A stretch of DNA of 58,898 nt, counting the filler, from Squatina squatina (lineage: Eukaryota): the NCBI GenBank assembly GCA_031763465.1. It is 3 parts of 3 records of this genome, joined end to end, with 100 filler letters (N's around TTAATTAATTAA, not from the genome) between each part and the next. Parts side by side here need not be neighbours in the genome. Positions count along the whole stretch, not along the records: positions 12,578 to 30,028 come from JARFOE010000058.1; 2 more parts are not named here. The stretch is one strand, 5' to 3'. The notes beneath the pieces are model-generated. The model was not told the DNA's origin, ran no database searches, and saw nothing but the letters and a program-made list of their open reading frames with translations. Made by a program: the position numbers and the translations under genes. Below, piece after piece: positions 12,578 through 26,900 of this stretch (its first letter is position 1; the number at the start of each line of letters is the position of its first letter).

Positions 12578-13114
12578 GTTTCTATCATTGCATGCTCGGT
12601 GACCCAAAAGTGATATAACACCCAAAGTTAACCACTGGAATAATTGGACAATGAAAGTTTTAAAAATTAGGACAGAGACAAAGCAAAATACAGTTGGAAC
12701 TTTAGCTACCTTCAAGTCAAGATACCGTGAATAGGCATGGATCTGCATTGCTTTCGAGTCAAAGAAAGATTTTAAGATGTAGGAGTACGTATTTTGCTCG
12801 GTATGCAAAATTAAGTTAATTGTCAGACATATTACTGCATCCAGNNNNNNNNNNTTTCAAATCTGTTATTAAAAGGGATAAATAATTTATCCTCCAACAC
12901 AAATATATTCAAGATGCTGTCCCGCTTTGCAATCTGGACTGGAGTTATGCAGGGTGCCGAGCACCATTCCTGCTTTGGTTAGAATGAATGGACGTCTTCC
13001 AGGGAAGAGCACAGGCAAATATTAAGATAACTTCAGAGAAAGTAGAAGAGGTTCAGAACTCCCACAAGCAAATTAAAGGACAGCATTTGTCGGAATAATT
13101 AGTGCTGCGCCCAA

Positions 13115-13227
13115 ATTGGCTGCCGTGTTTCTCTACAACAGTGACTACAATTCAAAAGTCCTTCATTGGCTGTAAAGCACTTTGGGATGTTCTTAGACTG
13201 TGAAAGGCCCTATATAAATGCAAGTCA
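13115..13227 (+). mobile_element. DeuSINE-type SINE 3' portion
   Basis: ttggctgccgtgtttc...acagtgactaca..tcaaaagt..ttcattggctgtaaagcactttgggatgt...tatataaatgcaagt resembles the Deu-domain end and L2-like tail. Confidence 0.6.
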
Positions 13228-13269
13228 AACTTCAGAAATGACCTGTGAGCTTGTTACAATCTTCCAGCA

Positions 13270-13650
13270 TTTACACAGAATTTACAACACAGAAAAAGGC
13301 CATTTGGCTCAACTAGTCTTTATGCTCGACACCAGCCTTCTCCCACCTTACGACTTCTCACCCTAGCTTGTATTCCTTTCTCACTTACTTATCTAGCTTC
13401 CCCTTAAATCCATCTATGCTATTTGTCTCAACTACTCCCTGTAGTAGCAAGTTCCACATTCTCACCACTTCCTGGGTAAAGAAACTTCGGAATTCCTTCT
13501 TGGATTTATTAGTGACATATTTATGACCCCTAATTTGGTCTCCCCACAAGTTGTAATATCTTCTCTACCTTTATCCAACAAACGCATGCATAATTTTAAA
13601 GACCTCCATCAGGTCACCTCTCCATCTTTTCTAAAGAGTCACAGCCTTGC
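13270..13650 (-). mobile_element. CR1 LINE 3' fragment
   Basis: acagaatttacaacacagaaaaaggccatttgg... tail plus ttatctagcttccccttaaat and ttccacattctcaccact motifs (reverse of CR1 ORF2 end). Confidence 0.65.
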
Positions 13651-14599
13651 CAGTGTTTATCAGACCCGCCCTGGTCTCAATCTCCTTGCTGGAAGCAGGA
13701 TTCAGAGCCAGGGTCCACATCCCACTCAATTCTACACACACTTCAATGTGCACAAAACTCACTTGGCAACTTCACAGTGGCCACTGGCTGTCTGCTTTTG
13801 ATTTGCCACTCTATACATGGCAGCACATTCTAATTAGAAATGCAGGAAAACATGGAGCAAATTATCAACGGTGAGACTGGCATGCTAGATGGCAAAATTT
13901 ATGGTAAGTCACTAATCTTGCCCCTGTAGGAAAATCTGGGTGAGTGTTGACTAAGACCCACATTATAGGCTCCTAATTAAACTAAAAGCCACAGTAATCG
14001 GATCAAACCTGGATTCAAAAAAAGTATCCAAAGTGTACATCTCTCGTAAGTAATGTCAGAAGGAACAGAGAGAATGTGTTGAGTGGATTCCTGCGCAGTT
14101 TACTGGCTCATGTGCTGTTAATTACTTGAGTATTTAAAATAAATAATATTTGCTAAAAACAACAAAGGTTTACATTTCATAGTTTACAGACTACCTGCAT
14201 CAGCAGGGATCATTCTCTCAACTTTTTAACCCCAGGAATAATTTTCTACTAAAAAAATTTCTAAAGTATCCTGTGGTGCAAAGGCCCCAGGCAAATAGCT
14301 AACCAAATAACAGATGGCCAAGTAGATGGTAGAATGCAGGCTGCCAATTGATTAACCTGCAGAGAAGAATCCCAAGGACTTGTGTAAAGGCCCTCATCAA
14401 TGGCTGCTTTCTGGGCTTTTCTCAGTCAGATTCAGATTAGTGTGCATAAGGCAGGTCTGATCAAGATTAGTGTCTTGATTTGATATCTTTGACAGTTCTG
14501 TCTTTTAGCTGATATTTTGTTCTGTAGGGCCCTTCACACTAGCATTTCTCGCCCCCCCCCTACCCAAGCTGGGCAGTGACTACAACTAGAGGGGATAGA

Positions 14600-14810
14600 A
14601 GGAATGAAGGGGAAAATTAGAATTTTTTTATGCAGAGAATTGTTGGTACACAAAATATCTGAACATTGGGGAATCTATAGAGAGAGAGAAATGTTTGGTG
14701 AAAAAATGGACCATGGGAAAGGGAATGGAACTAAATGAATAGCTCTTTCAGAGCATTTGCACAGATGCAATGAGCCAAACTGCCTCATTTTCTGCTATGA
14801 GTCTATGATG
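14600..14810 (+). mobile_element. Decayed CR1 3' end
   Basis: tttttatgcagagaattgtt...gggaatggaactaa...agctctttcagagc...gagccaaactgcctc...ctatgagtctatga. Confidence 0.55.
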
Positions 14811-14947
14811 CTAAACAATCAAACTCTAGATTTTATTCCAACAGTGTGGAAGATTCATATCGTTCAAAGAATCAAAAGGACCCTACAAGATAAATGTGCT
14901 GTAATTTTTTGGTTGCTGATGGTTTCTTTTGTTTTTTCCCCCTATAG

Positions 14948-15237
14948 GTGCTGAGGGTTCGGAAGAAGGGTCAAGTGGAGATTCTCTTCTGGAGTGGTTG
15001 AATGCTTTTAGACAGACGGGGAACACGACAAGAAGTGGGCAAAGTGGGAATCGGTCATGGAGAGCAGTCAGTCGTACAAACCCACCGAGTGGCGATTTTA
15101 GATTCAGCCTGGAAATTAACGTCAGTCGCAGTAGAATTGATCAAAGTGCCGAGATGGAAAGTGAGCAACCCATGGACACTTCAAACGCAGCAGCAACAGT
15201 GCCACCAGCAGAAGAAGCAGCAGCAGCAGCTACATGA
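14948..15237 (+). CDS. RLIM: RLIM (RNF12) large last coding exon, 5' part
   Basis: Acceptor ttttttccccctatag|. Translates [48 protein letters not shown], matching recalled RLIM. Ends in TGA just after a (GCA)n run, probably a mis-join. Confidence 0.88.
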
Positions 15238-15687
15238 TCTGCCTGGGATAGGGGATGCTCAAAAAGGGGGCTGTCTCATCTTTTCCCCAAAACATCCCCT
15301 CCTTCAAGTGATAAATGTTACAGTATTAAGAGTGTAGTTTAAAAATAGGTATTCATGGGAAAAAAATCAAAGCCACAAATAGCCCTGAAACACCAATTTC
15401 TTGCACCTGTGTCCTTCAGTTCCTAAAGGACCTGGATATTGTGATTTAAAATTAGTGATGAAGGATATCCTGTACCCCTCACTACACAACTGTGATATGC
15501 CATATTCTGTCACAACGACGCATTTGAAATGGTTCCCCATTGTTGAGGGACCAAATAAAATAATCGCATTCTTTATAGGTCTCCTAANNNNNNNNNNNNN
15601 NNNNNNNNNNNNNNNNNNNNNNNNNNNNNNNNNNNNNNNNNNNNNNNNNNNNNNNNNNNNNNNNNNNNNNNNNNNNNNNNNNNNNNN

Positions 15688-16920
15688 CACCAATAACCGC
15701 AGAAGAAAATATCCAGAGTGAACCCGAGAGGTCTGAATCCACTGCAACAAGGCAGAGTAGAAGGCCAAGTGGGGAACTGTCATATGAAAACAGATACGAA
15801 CTTTTGAGACGAGAGCTTGAAACCCAGGCCCATCAAGGTCGTCCAAGAAGTGGTAGAAGCAGAAGCCCAGAACGCCGAAGGTCATCTAGAACAAGAAATA
15901 ATCGAAGTCGGTCACCCTTGCATCCAATTGTTGAGGGGACGAGTAGATCCCGACGTCAGGGGTCTTCTCACAGGCCTGATAGATCCATTTCACAAAGTGG
16001 GACAGAAGGAAGTTCCAGAACTAGACAGCATGTGGTGTCCAGGCAGAGCCGGGTTGGAGACGAGGTGCAGGCTGAAGTAACTAATCCTATTTCTGTGCCT
16101 GAGCCAAGTGAACCCAGAGAGCCTTCCCAAGAAGCTGCTGATTCTTCAGAAGCTGTTGTCAATGATCCCTCTGTAGCCGGGCGCCGACCACCTACTATTA
16201 TGTTGGATCTGCAAGTGAGAAGGGTGAGACCTGGTGAAAATGCAGATAGAGATAGTATAGCCAACAGGACCCGCTCACGATCCCAAACATCTGACAACAC
16301 AGTTGTATACGAAAGTGAGCGGGGTGGGCTTAGGCGCACATTCTCCCGCTCTGAGCGAGCAGGAGTGCGAACTTACGTGAGCACCATTCGAATTCCTTTT
16401 CGCAGGATTTCTGATTCGGGTCTTGGAGAGGCTGCCTCAGTTGCTCTCCAAACCATACTACGCCGGATAATGATGGGTGGGGAACTGAGTTCCTTTGTGG
16501 ATAGTGACAGCGATTCTGAATCGAGCAACAGGGGCCAAAATCAAGTGCAGGAAGTCTCTGAATCACAGAACAGCACAAGTGAATCCCCAAGCATGACCTC
16601 TGAAGGCAGAACAGGGGAGCAACAGGCAGGGGAACAACGGAACGGCAGTGAAACAGATAGCACAACTGGTGCGAGGAGAAGAGAAGGTCAGCAAACTCGT
16701 GGCTTGTTTGGCCTTGAAGAAAGTGGTACTTTGCCTATACTTAGGCTTGCCCATTTCTTCCTGCTAAATGATGAAGATGAGGATGATCAGCCCAGGGGAC
16801 TGACTAAAGAGCAGATTGACAACTTGTCCACAAGAAATTTTGGGGAAAGTGATGCAATTAAAACCTGCAGTGTGTGCATTAGTGAGTACACTTCTGGAAA
16901 CAAGCTGCGCAATCTTCCCT
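15688..16920 (+). CDS. RLIM: RLIM (RNF12) E3 ubiquitin ligase, large last exon, 3' part up to the start of the RING-H2 domain (gap-bounded)
   Basis: Frame is open from the gap (first full codon 15690). Contains RSRSP motifs, RPPTIMLDLQVRRVRPGE, RRTFSRSERAGVRTYVSTIRIP, DDQPRGLTKEQIDNL and KTCSVCISEYTSGNKLRNLP. TEGSSRTR and ESERGG favour RLIM over RNF6, as does tail-to-tail position with SLC16A2. Confidence 0.93.
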
Positions 16921-19266
16921 NNNNNNNNNNNNNNNNNNNNNNNNNNNNNNNNNNNNNNNNNNNNNNNNNNNNNNNNNNNNNNNNNNNNNNNNNNNNNNNN
17001 NNNNNNNNNNNNNNNNNNNNNNNNNNNNNNNNNNNNNNNNNNNNNNNNNNNNNNNNNNNNNNNNNNNNNNNNNNNNNNNNNNNNNNNNNNNNNNNNNNNN
17101 NNNNATATAAAATTGTACTTCAGAATGTAGTGGGGAAATTCAAAATAGCCATACCTAATACTTCTACGTGACTGCTTCCTATCCTCTGTTCAAGGAAAGG
17201 CTTTTTTTTTTGCTAATCTTTAATATGGGTTTGGACATTTCTTTTTATTAATACTTTTGCAAGTGTGCACCGTTGCACTGTTAAAGTGAGAAGATTTTAC
17301 CATGCTCAGAAACAAACTATAGCGATACATACTGTAGTGAGGGCACAGCTTCTGGCATCTGGTTTCTTATGTCTGTTGGCTTAACCCCTTAAGGATTTGT
17401 TCTTAGCTTGGTAAATAAGTTATTTAAACTTTAATGCTTCTTCCACCCATTTTGTAAAAGCTGAATCCTTGCCCTGATTTCTGTCACGTTGTTAGTGCTT
17501 CATCTGGGTTAGCTGTATTGAATTTCAATTTTTTCATTTTTTGTAATTATTTTGTAATCAAAATCATTTCCTTTTCTGATGTATGATTTTGGTTTATGTG
17601 CACACTCACAGTGATGGTGTATTTTAGCAATTCAGAGTATTTGTTCACTTTTCGTTGCAGGGTCTGTGTACTTGGGAAGGGGAAATTGGCCACTGTTTTG
17701 AAAAAAAAAATATGAAATTTGCAATGCAAATTGTCACTGCTGTTTTTAAAAAAAATTTCTAATTTACTGAACATCTTTAATGGACAGATTGCCTTATACT
17801 ACAANNNNNNNNNNNNNNNNNNNNNNNNNNNNNNNNNNNNNNNNNNNNNNNNNNNNNNNNNNNNNNNNNNNNNNNNNNNNNNNNNNNNNNNNNNNNNNNN
17901 NNNNATACTACAACATGTATCAAGTCTATGGGACTAATTGGAGACATCCAGCTGTTAAGTATTGTTTTTTTTCTGTACAGTGGAATTACTATCTCATCCA
18001 TTTTTAGTGATGTCCATTAAAAAAAAATTACCATCAATTTATTTCCTTTTTTTATGGAGTTACTCTGCACCTCCCTTTTTATCAACTCTTTCCTCTCCAC
18101 CTTGCACCGCTGGGTTTTTAAAAATATTTTAAAGTGGGGAATGACCCACCAGTCCAATGACACGGACTCTTGAATAAGAAGCATTTTGCCTTTGGGAAGC
18201 TGGCTGTTTTTTATTTCTCTACAATCGGTTGGAACAGCGGCAATGTGTATGGGTATGCTAGGCACTCGCCACATTTCTGCCGCCCTCCGCCACTGCGCTA
18301 TGTAATCTGTGCCTAATAAAAGACCTGTGACTTCGCAGCTCGCCACTTAAATGGCAGTTGGTTTTGCTGCAACCCTGCAGCAGTATGTCTGTGGGCAGGC
18401 TGTGTAGCAGACTACTCTCTGAAATCCTGATGGAATATTGGGGACTTCTGTGGTAGGTAAGTGTCGACCTGGTTTGCATGGAATATAAGCTCCAGTATTC
18501 AGCCAATTGACAATGTTGCATTTATAGGATGTAGAGGGTAAGGATGCTGCAGTGTAATAAAACACACTGGAATTGCAGTTTGGTTTTTTTTAACCATGAA
18601 ATTAAAATGTTACAATTGTGATATAGCTAATGTAACCGAATTGAAAAATCATAAGAGGTCCTTTTTGAGGCAGAATGGCTGTTTTTGTCTTAGATATATA
18701 TGCACAGGATAATGGAAAGTAATGTCCTCATTTAGTCTGTTGCTTATCCTGATGTATATGGAAAAACCCATTTTTGTACAAAAATGACCAGATATTAATG
18801 GCATCTTGTATAAATTTTAAATGCCAATATTGTAACGTGCACTTGCATTACTGAAATAGTTTAGTTCCACAGAGCAAATATTATTGAAGAATGATGCTAT
18901 GACACAAAATAGGAATCCCACAGACTGTGATCAATCCTGCATAAGGCGAACTGTGTAATAAAGATTCAAAGCAAATTAGGAGACGAGTGCTTTAAGAAGT
19001 CCAGGGAGAGTTCTTCCCTTAGCTGCAGGAGTCTTACCAAAGTGCATGTGCTTTGGTTTACTGTACAGGGCTTGTTTAAAGTGATTTAGTTTATTTATGT
19101 AATCTGTTGTACTAATTTTTGTAAATTAGTAACTGAGTTTTCATGCAAAAAAAAAGTTTGTTTACCCAGTTGTCACATAGCTTTCTGGGGAGAGGAAACA
19201 TCAATTGCAGATAGACGTTATCTTTTGACATTGACCATTTGAAAAGTTGGGTTATCCATAAATGTT

Positions 19267-19272
19267 AATAAA
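19267..19272 (+). terminator. Candidate poly(A) signal ending a long 3' UTR, presumably RLIM
   Basis: AATAAA followed by GT/T-rich downstream element (ccgttgtccgtgaggtttattactttccttttt) at the end of U-rich, UTR-like sequence 17105-19270. Confidence 0.45.
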
Positions 19273-20596
19273 ACAATGCACGAAAAACAACCAGCACCGT
19301 TGTCCGTGAGGTTTATTACTTTCCTTTTTCCTCTTTAGTTAAATCTCCTTTGTTCGTGATCGCATTTATTTTTAGATCACAAATTATCCATGGACTCATG
19401 CAATCACCTTTGATCTGTTAATGTTACCGTTATTTAATATCATCTGTTGCCACCATTCGTCTTCCAGGACATTCTGATCATTTTATCTCTATATTTACTT
19501 ATTGATCGAGGGGCGCAAATAAGATTTTTCTCAAATCAACTTGAAGCATTNNNNNNNNNNNNNNNNNNNNNNNNNNNNNNNNNNNNNNNNNNNNNNNNNN
19601 NNNNNNNNNNNNNNNNNNNNNNNNNNNNNNNNNNNNNNNNNNNNNNNNNNATGAATAGCTGCATGCTGAAATTCCCCATACTAGCTTTTTTTAAGCGGTT
19701 GTTAAATAACATTGGCTTCAGATGCAACAAAGGAAATGAGTCGGAGAGCGGTTAAGATGCACTCAACAAAATGGGGTTCAAGCACGATACGAGTCCCAGC
19801 AGTTTATTTTGTGCAAAGACGCAACTGATCCTCTTTTCCTCTTGAAACGAACAGCCGTTATAGTATGAAATATGCACGTTTAAAATCCTTTAGCCTTGCA
19901 AAAAATACTTCAACGTGATCTCACCCGTGACTAGAGAACAAAACCAGATGTGTTATTTGAGCTCTTAAAGGGAGGATTTTTGCAGCAAGTCTCGTGTTTG
20001 CCGTCAGAAAAAGAATTTGGACGCCTCGCCTGCGAGAGATTCAGAAGGCTCACTACCTACATTTCACTATTGCATCCATGCTGTGTTGCAGTTAAATTAA
20101 CCTCGTGTGGCTCTGATTCGGTATTTTTTTCACCACGATAGAACGTGTATAAACAATTCAGCTTTCATTGCCCTTCATAGCCTTGTATCCCAGGGTTTTT
20201 CCCCCCCTCCTTTTTTAAAAATGGGTTTTGATTTTTATTCCTGTGACCTCCCACCCCAGGATCAAATATCCTCCTGATCACATGGAGGATGTGTTTCTTT
20301 TGTAGCTGCTCTTTACATTTTCTTGACTAGTTTTGCACCAACTTATTTTAAAATCGAAGTGGTGACTTGTGGTGATGTAGCAGCAATAGGTAAAACTTAA
20401 GTCAGCAAGTACATTGTTTTGTATGAATGCAAGTACAAGGAGGCAAAATTCTCATTTAGCCTTTTATTTAAAAAAACCTGAAGGCTGTATAAAAGAGAGG
20501 TGGTTTAGAATACTTCTCCAAATCCATGTGAGGAAATATAATTTATTGAATGTAAACTTGAATCTAAATCTCTGGTTAACTTGATGCTATTCATCA

Positions 20597-20986
<390 letters not shown>

Positions 20987-21683
20987 TCAGCAAAGTATTT
21001 GGACAGCCCGGTCTCCCGACCCAAGCCTGCACCTTTGTCTGAGCGAGGATTTTCAAAAGAGAGGGATTTTAGTGGATAACTCAATCCGCTGCTCCCCTGC
21101 AGCTTCTTGCAGCCAAGTCAATGGTGATAACAGCATGGAAATTAATCATCCTGTCAATTTGCTTAGCCAAGATCATTTTGGATCAAGAGAGAAAGTGAAC
21201 GACGAGCCAGTAGACACCTCAAGAGGCGAAAGAAAATACTTGAGTCCTGCAATTGGTCAACATATCAAATACTCAAAATGTAAAGTCAAGTTAAATCAAA
21301 ATCTAGATCAGAACAAAGCTAAATTTTATTGGCAAACTGCATCGACATGCATTACTAGTCGAGTCCTGCTTCAGCTTGCAACAAAAATAACTTAACATTT
21401 CAAATACAAAGACTGGGAATTCCTTCAAATGATGCATGGGAACAGAGGTGAAAAAAAGGTGTGCGTTCTGTACAATTACAGGATTACAGATAAATCTTAC
21501 CTAAAGATGGTTGGATTCTACTTAGAGTTAAAAAATATAACGAGGACTAAAAACCTTAAAAATACAAGAGCAAATATTAATGTCTTATTCATCCCACCCA
21601 AATACAAGCTCAATATTCCATTATTCTCAGTCTGTCTATTCAGAAATAAATGTTAAAATGAATACCACTTTCATTTGTCACTA

Positions 21684-21914
<231 letters not shown>

Positions 21915-22279
21915 CTACAAATGGAAAGCATAAGGGTATTACAGCCATTATTCATCAGGAACTACAGTACTAAAGTGAGCACCTTAGATTAAAAAATAAT
22001 AGCCAAATTGGTGCATTACCATTAAACAGCTATACAGTTAATAAAACGGCTTCACAGAGGACAAGTGTTGAACAGAAGCTATAAGAAATGGAATTGGGGA
22101 ACAGACCTTTCACTGAGCTACCAACTGAGCTTATAGCTTTTCCTTGGTCTAAATTTTTCCACGTTGCCTATGCACAAATAATTGACAAAGTTAAGATTTT
22201 CTTAAATATTTTTTAAACAGTTTATATCCACAGCAGCTCTGTTCTATCTACTACAGTAGCAACTGGTAAAAAAATGAAT

Positions 22280-22477
22280 GTGGCAAGCCTCTTGACTTTG
22301 TGAGAGCTGATCCTGTGCTAACCCAATGTCCGCACACATGTACTTTCCAGCAGGGTTCACTGGATAGTTTCAGAAGCAAGACAACCTTGCTATGTTTTCC
22401 CTAACCTGAGGGTTGTAGCACTTGCATCTCAGCTCTGGCTAATATCAGCCTGCTAACTCAAAACAGATGAGACACCA
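22280..22477 (-). mobile_element. SINE family copy (LF-SINE-like body), adjoined by a MITE-like element
   Basis: ctgatcctgtgc..acc..atgtcc.cacacatg.actttccagcaggg.tcactgga and tcagc..ctaactca motifs are shared with 26650-26900 and 38450-38710. Confidence 0.5.
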
Positions 22478-22937
22478 AGGGGCCGAAATTGGCCTCTTTT
22501 AACGGCCCATTAGTGTCTCTGAGGGGCGCTAATGGTGCGTTATTAAAAAAAACGGCGTCCGGAAGCAGCCATCTCGCCTCCCCCGAAATTCGGCTGGGGC
22601 GCAAAAACCTTTTGGAATTTCGCAGCGGGTTGGCGCGTGACATCATCAAAACATGTGCCAACCCGCACCACGCAGGCGCAACGCCTTCGCCGCTCGCTTG
22701 TCTCCTGCGGGGAAATTTGCCCGCGGGAGACGGCCACAGCGAGGGGCAACTGCAGCAACAGTAAAACCTGTTGCTGCAACAGGCCCCTTAAAGGTGAGGG
22801 CATCTGCGCCTCCGGCTGCCTTTTTTTATTGGCTGGCTTTCTAGTCAGCCGATAAATGGCCCCTCGGCCGGATCGGGCCACCATTGCCTCGCCTGGCACG
22901 CCGACTGGTCTGCCAGGTTGGTGGCCCAGTCGCTGGC
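22478..22937. mobile_element. GC-rich MITE-like element, probably Harbinger-related
   Basis: Begins aggggccgaaattggcc; 22745-22830 is homologous to the reverse complement of 40306-40392. Confidence 0.65.
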
Positions 22938-23425
22938 NNNNNNNNNNNNNNNNNNNNNNNNNNNNNNNNNNNNNNNNNNNNNNNNNNNNNNNNNNNNNNN
23001 NNNNNNNNNNNNNNNNNNNNNNNNNNNNNNNNNNNNNCATATTTTAATTTCTCCCTTTTAAATCAATTTTTTGGTCATCCTTTGCTGGTTTCTAAAGCTC
23101 TCCCAATCCTCAGGCTTACTACTAATCTTCACAGCATTATAAGGGACAGGCATCAACGTGTAAAACTTTTAAAAGAGTTTGCTTTGACTGTACTGCAGTT
23201 TTACTGCAGTCACTGCAAAGATAAAGAGGTGTCACATCATTTCTGCTAAGGCAAATCCACATTGAGATTGCTGTGTTGTGCTGTAAATTCTTTGAAATTA
23301 AGCCAATTTTCACATTAAAGTATCAAAGCAACTGATCTGTGATGCCAGTCATTAATCTAACTTGGCAGAACAGTAGCAGTCCCTCTGTGCACAGAACCAT
23401 TGAAAACAGGTTTTACAGCTGATTA

Positions 23426-24028
<603 letters not shown>

Positions 24029-26359
24029 CTGTTGAAGACAATGGAAAGGGGCATTACATCAGCTAGCTGTTCTCTTTAAATGGAAGGAACTGCTCCTATT
24101 CTGGGTCAAGAATTCCCTGGAAAGACCTACTGAAACTCCAGAGGATTTCATTTTATAATATCACATGATAGAGAACCATTTCAATTTCAGGGAAAAGGAG
24201 GAGATTGACACCCATCTGTTTTGTTCCCCTTGAACCAGAGATCCGGGATACATGAAATAGGGAATTCATGGGATGTGTCAGCAAAATCCCCAAACTGAAA
24301 ATATCAGTTTTGGTACTTGCTCGTGTAATTAAATTATCGAATACTTTTTCATGGTGTGCCAACTAACTGCACCACTTAATCCTCAGTGACTCCAGCATGG
24401 GATAATGAAACATTCAAATTAGGTTGTCCAGATAATGGACTATTAAAAAAAGGTGAAAACTTTGAGTGAAATCTAAGGTTATAAAATCGGCCACTCTGGA
24501 CTGGAGCATGTACTAGTCACTATTCTATGCAGTATTGTATCTTCTATAGAGGAACAAACCAATTAATATGTGTTCGCTACAGGAGTGTGAGTTAATTGCA
24601 CTGCCTAGAGANNNNNNNNNNNNNNNNNNNNNNNNNNNNNNNNNNNNNNNNNNNNNNNNNNNNNNNNNNNNNNNNNNNNNNNNNNNNNNNNNNNNNNNNN
24701 NNNNNNNNNNNGCATTACCCTCCCTTTAGGCTGGCATGACTTAACTTTTGTACACTTTAAACAGTTAACCTGACTCAGCATTCACATAACTTGTAAGGCA
24801 GTTGACAGCAATAAAAAAAAAGATTTATTTGAAAGAGACAAAGTGAATTTCAAGCCTTCCCAGTAACCAGGAGTTAAAACTGTACAAAGAGCATTACAAA
24901 AACAAGAGTAGGTCAGGGAAGAGGTTTATAGCCTGAAGTACTGTGTATGAAAGAGGCCAGTTTGGGGGAAGAGAAAGGAAAGTATAAATCTCTCGCTGGC
25001 TGCCAAGCCAGGGCATTTTGTTTACAAAGCTAAAGGACTTGTTGCTGCAGCAGCTTGTATTCACAGGACTGTGCCTCACTTGAGGCACTGATAAACCAGA
25101 ATATGTGTGACTTGCATTGCATTGCAAGTTAAAGGAAATCAGGGTCTGCAGTGGTACTAGAATACAATGCAGACCCTTGAGTATGGGGCTATCCTTCTGT
25201 GAGATTAAGTGACGGCCCTGTNNNNNNNNNNNNNNNNNNNNNNNNNNNNNNNNNNNNNNNNNNNNNNNNNNNNNNNNNNNNNNNNNNNNNNNNNNNNNNN
25301 NNNNNNNNNNNNNNNNNNNNNATTCAACTTGGATTCTCGCATGAATTGTTCACTTCAATAATCCAGCGGGGGGCTCAAGCAGAATGCTGTCTACAGCTTT
25401 TCACCAACTAATTGCACAAAGTGCTTCCAAGTTCTTTGAAAAACCCAGTCTCAATAGGAATGTGATTATGTGTTTCCGAAGACCTCGTCAAAAGGCTCTG
25501 GCTGTTTTTACTCTCCTAATGCAATGGCTTTCCTCTTAATGTGGGGAGCAAGTCCATTGTTGTGCAAAAGGTTAAAACTTTCCTTCTAACAGAGTTGCAT
25601 CTGTTTCCACAGGCTTGCATTCTCCAGTTAAGACACCACAGTCTCGAAAATTCTTTGGCTGTAATCCCAGTGGGAATTGTGCCCACCTGTGCCCTCCTGC
25701 GCTCAACCTGACAAATTTTGCTGGGTCAAGGAAGGGCACCTGATTTACATGGGGCTGGCAAGTGCTTTGCTACGACAGGTGCATCTCTATTGTCTATCTG
25801 ACCTTATTCTGGCACTTGCCCATTTTTGTATCTGATGCTCAGTTTTAATTTCTTGCAAAGTGCACTATGCACACCCACTGTACAGAAGACCCCAATCTTC
25901 TCATGCATAATTTGCAGTTTATTTTAAAAGAGCACTGGTTGTATCTGAAGTACATTCCAATCCCAGCTATAGACTGCAAACTGTATTCTGTGCACGTGGT
26001 TTGTTTGTAATTTAAATTGGCTCCCCATATCTTTCTTTACATGAATGTGTGGGGTTGTGGGCTTTTCACATTATCCTGAAATGACCTAAATGGAATGCAG
26101 TGACAGGACAATTATTGATGCAAGAAACAAATTTGTCCAAGTTAAAAGTTAACAGAAAATTAAATGCGCTTTTATCTTTTTAAATGTCAATGTGCAGCTG
26201 AGCAAGAATTTCAGCACTTTGAGAAACAATGGATTTTCTAGGAACACTTTTAAAAGAAAATTAAAAAAAGTTAGCTTTCCATCAGAAACAGTAGCACCTA
26301 GCTAAAGAGCTCTCCAGTACTAGATTTAATATACGGGCTATACACATCTTTTATCAATG

Positions 26360-26610
26360 ACTTGTATTTATATAGCACCTTTAAATAGTAAACCATCCCA
26401 AAGCCACTTTACAGGAGCATTATGAAACAGAATTTGACACCGAGCCATAAAAGGAGATATTAGGGTAGATGAACAAAAGCTAGGTCAAAGAGGTAGGTTT
26501 TAAGGAGCAGCTTAAAGGAGGAAAGAGAGGTAGAGATGCGGAGAGGTTTAGGCAGGGAATTCCAGAGCCTTGCCAGCTGAAGGCACAGCCGCTAATAGTG
26601 GAGCGATTGA
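26360..26610 (-). mobile_element. L2-type LINE 3' fragment
   Basis: acttgtatttatatagcacctttaa...gacaccgagcca...ggtcaaagaggtaggttttaaggag; homologous to 2409-2537. Confidence 0.65.
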
Positions 26611-26649
26611 AGTAGGGGTCAACTCAAGTAGTTCTGAATATTTTTTTTT

Positions 26650-26900
26650 ACCCTTTCCTGAAGGCAGTAGCTTATGCTGGGGTATGGTTCTTCATATGTG
26701 ATCTTTGGCAGTTTGTGTTGGCTGGCCTTTTTACCAAGGGGAGAGAAGAGGCTTCACAGCTGATTCTGTCCTCATCCAAAAGTTCATTGTCTCAACTGAG
26801 ATCAGCAAACTCAAGATAGACCAATGATTTAAAATGGTATCTTTCTAATCTTTATACCTCACTGCCATACATATATTCACTGAATTGGTTCAGTTTTAAA
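26650..26900 (-). mobile_element. SINE family copy (same family as 22280-22477)
   Basis: cagctgattctgtcctcatcc and ctgagatcagcaaactca motifs. Confidence 0.45.

Noticed and set aside
17105-17171. YKIVLQNVVGKF tail of the 455 aa ORF as the RLIM C-terminus
   Set aside because: The rest of the RING domain and the true stop fall in the gap; this is 3' UTR read through Ns.
20515-20550. FLTW on the minus strand resembling the YAP C-terminal FLTWL motif
   Set aside because: Reads FLTWIWR with no stop and no upstream FPDYL/LMPSL homology; chance match.
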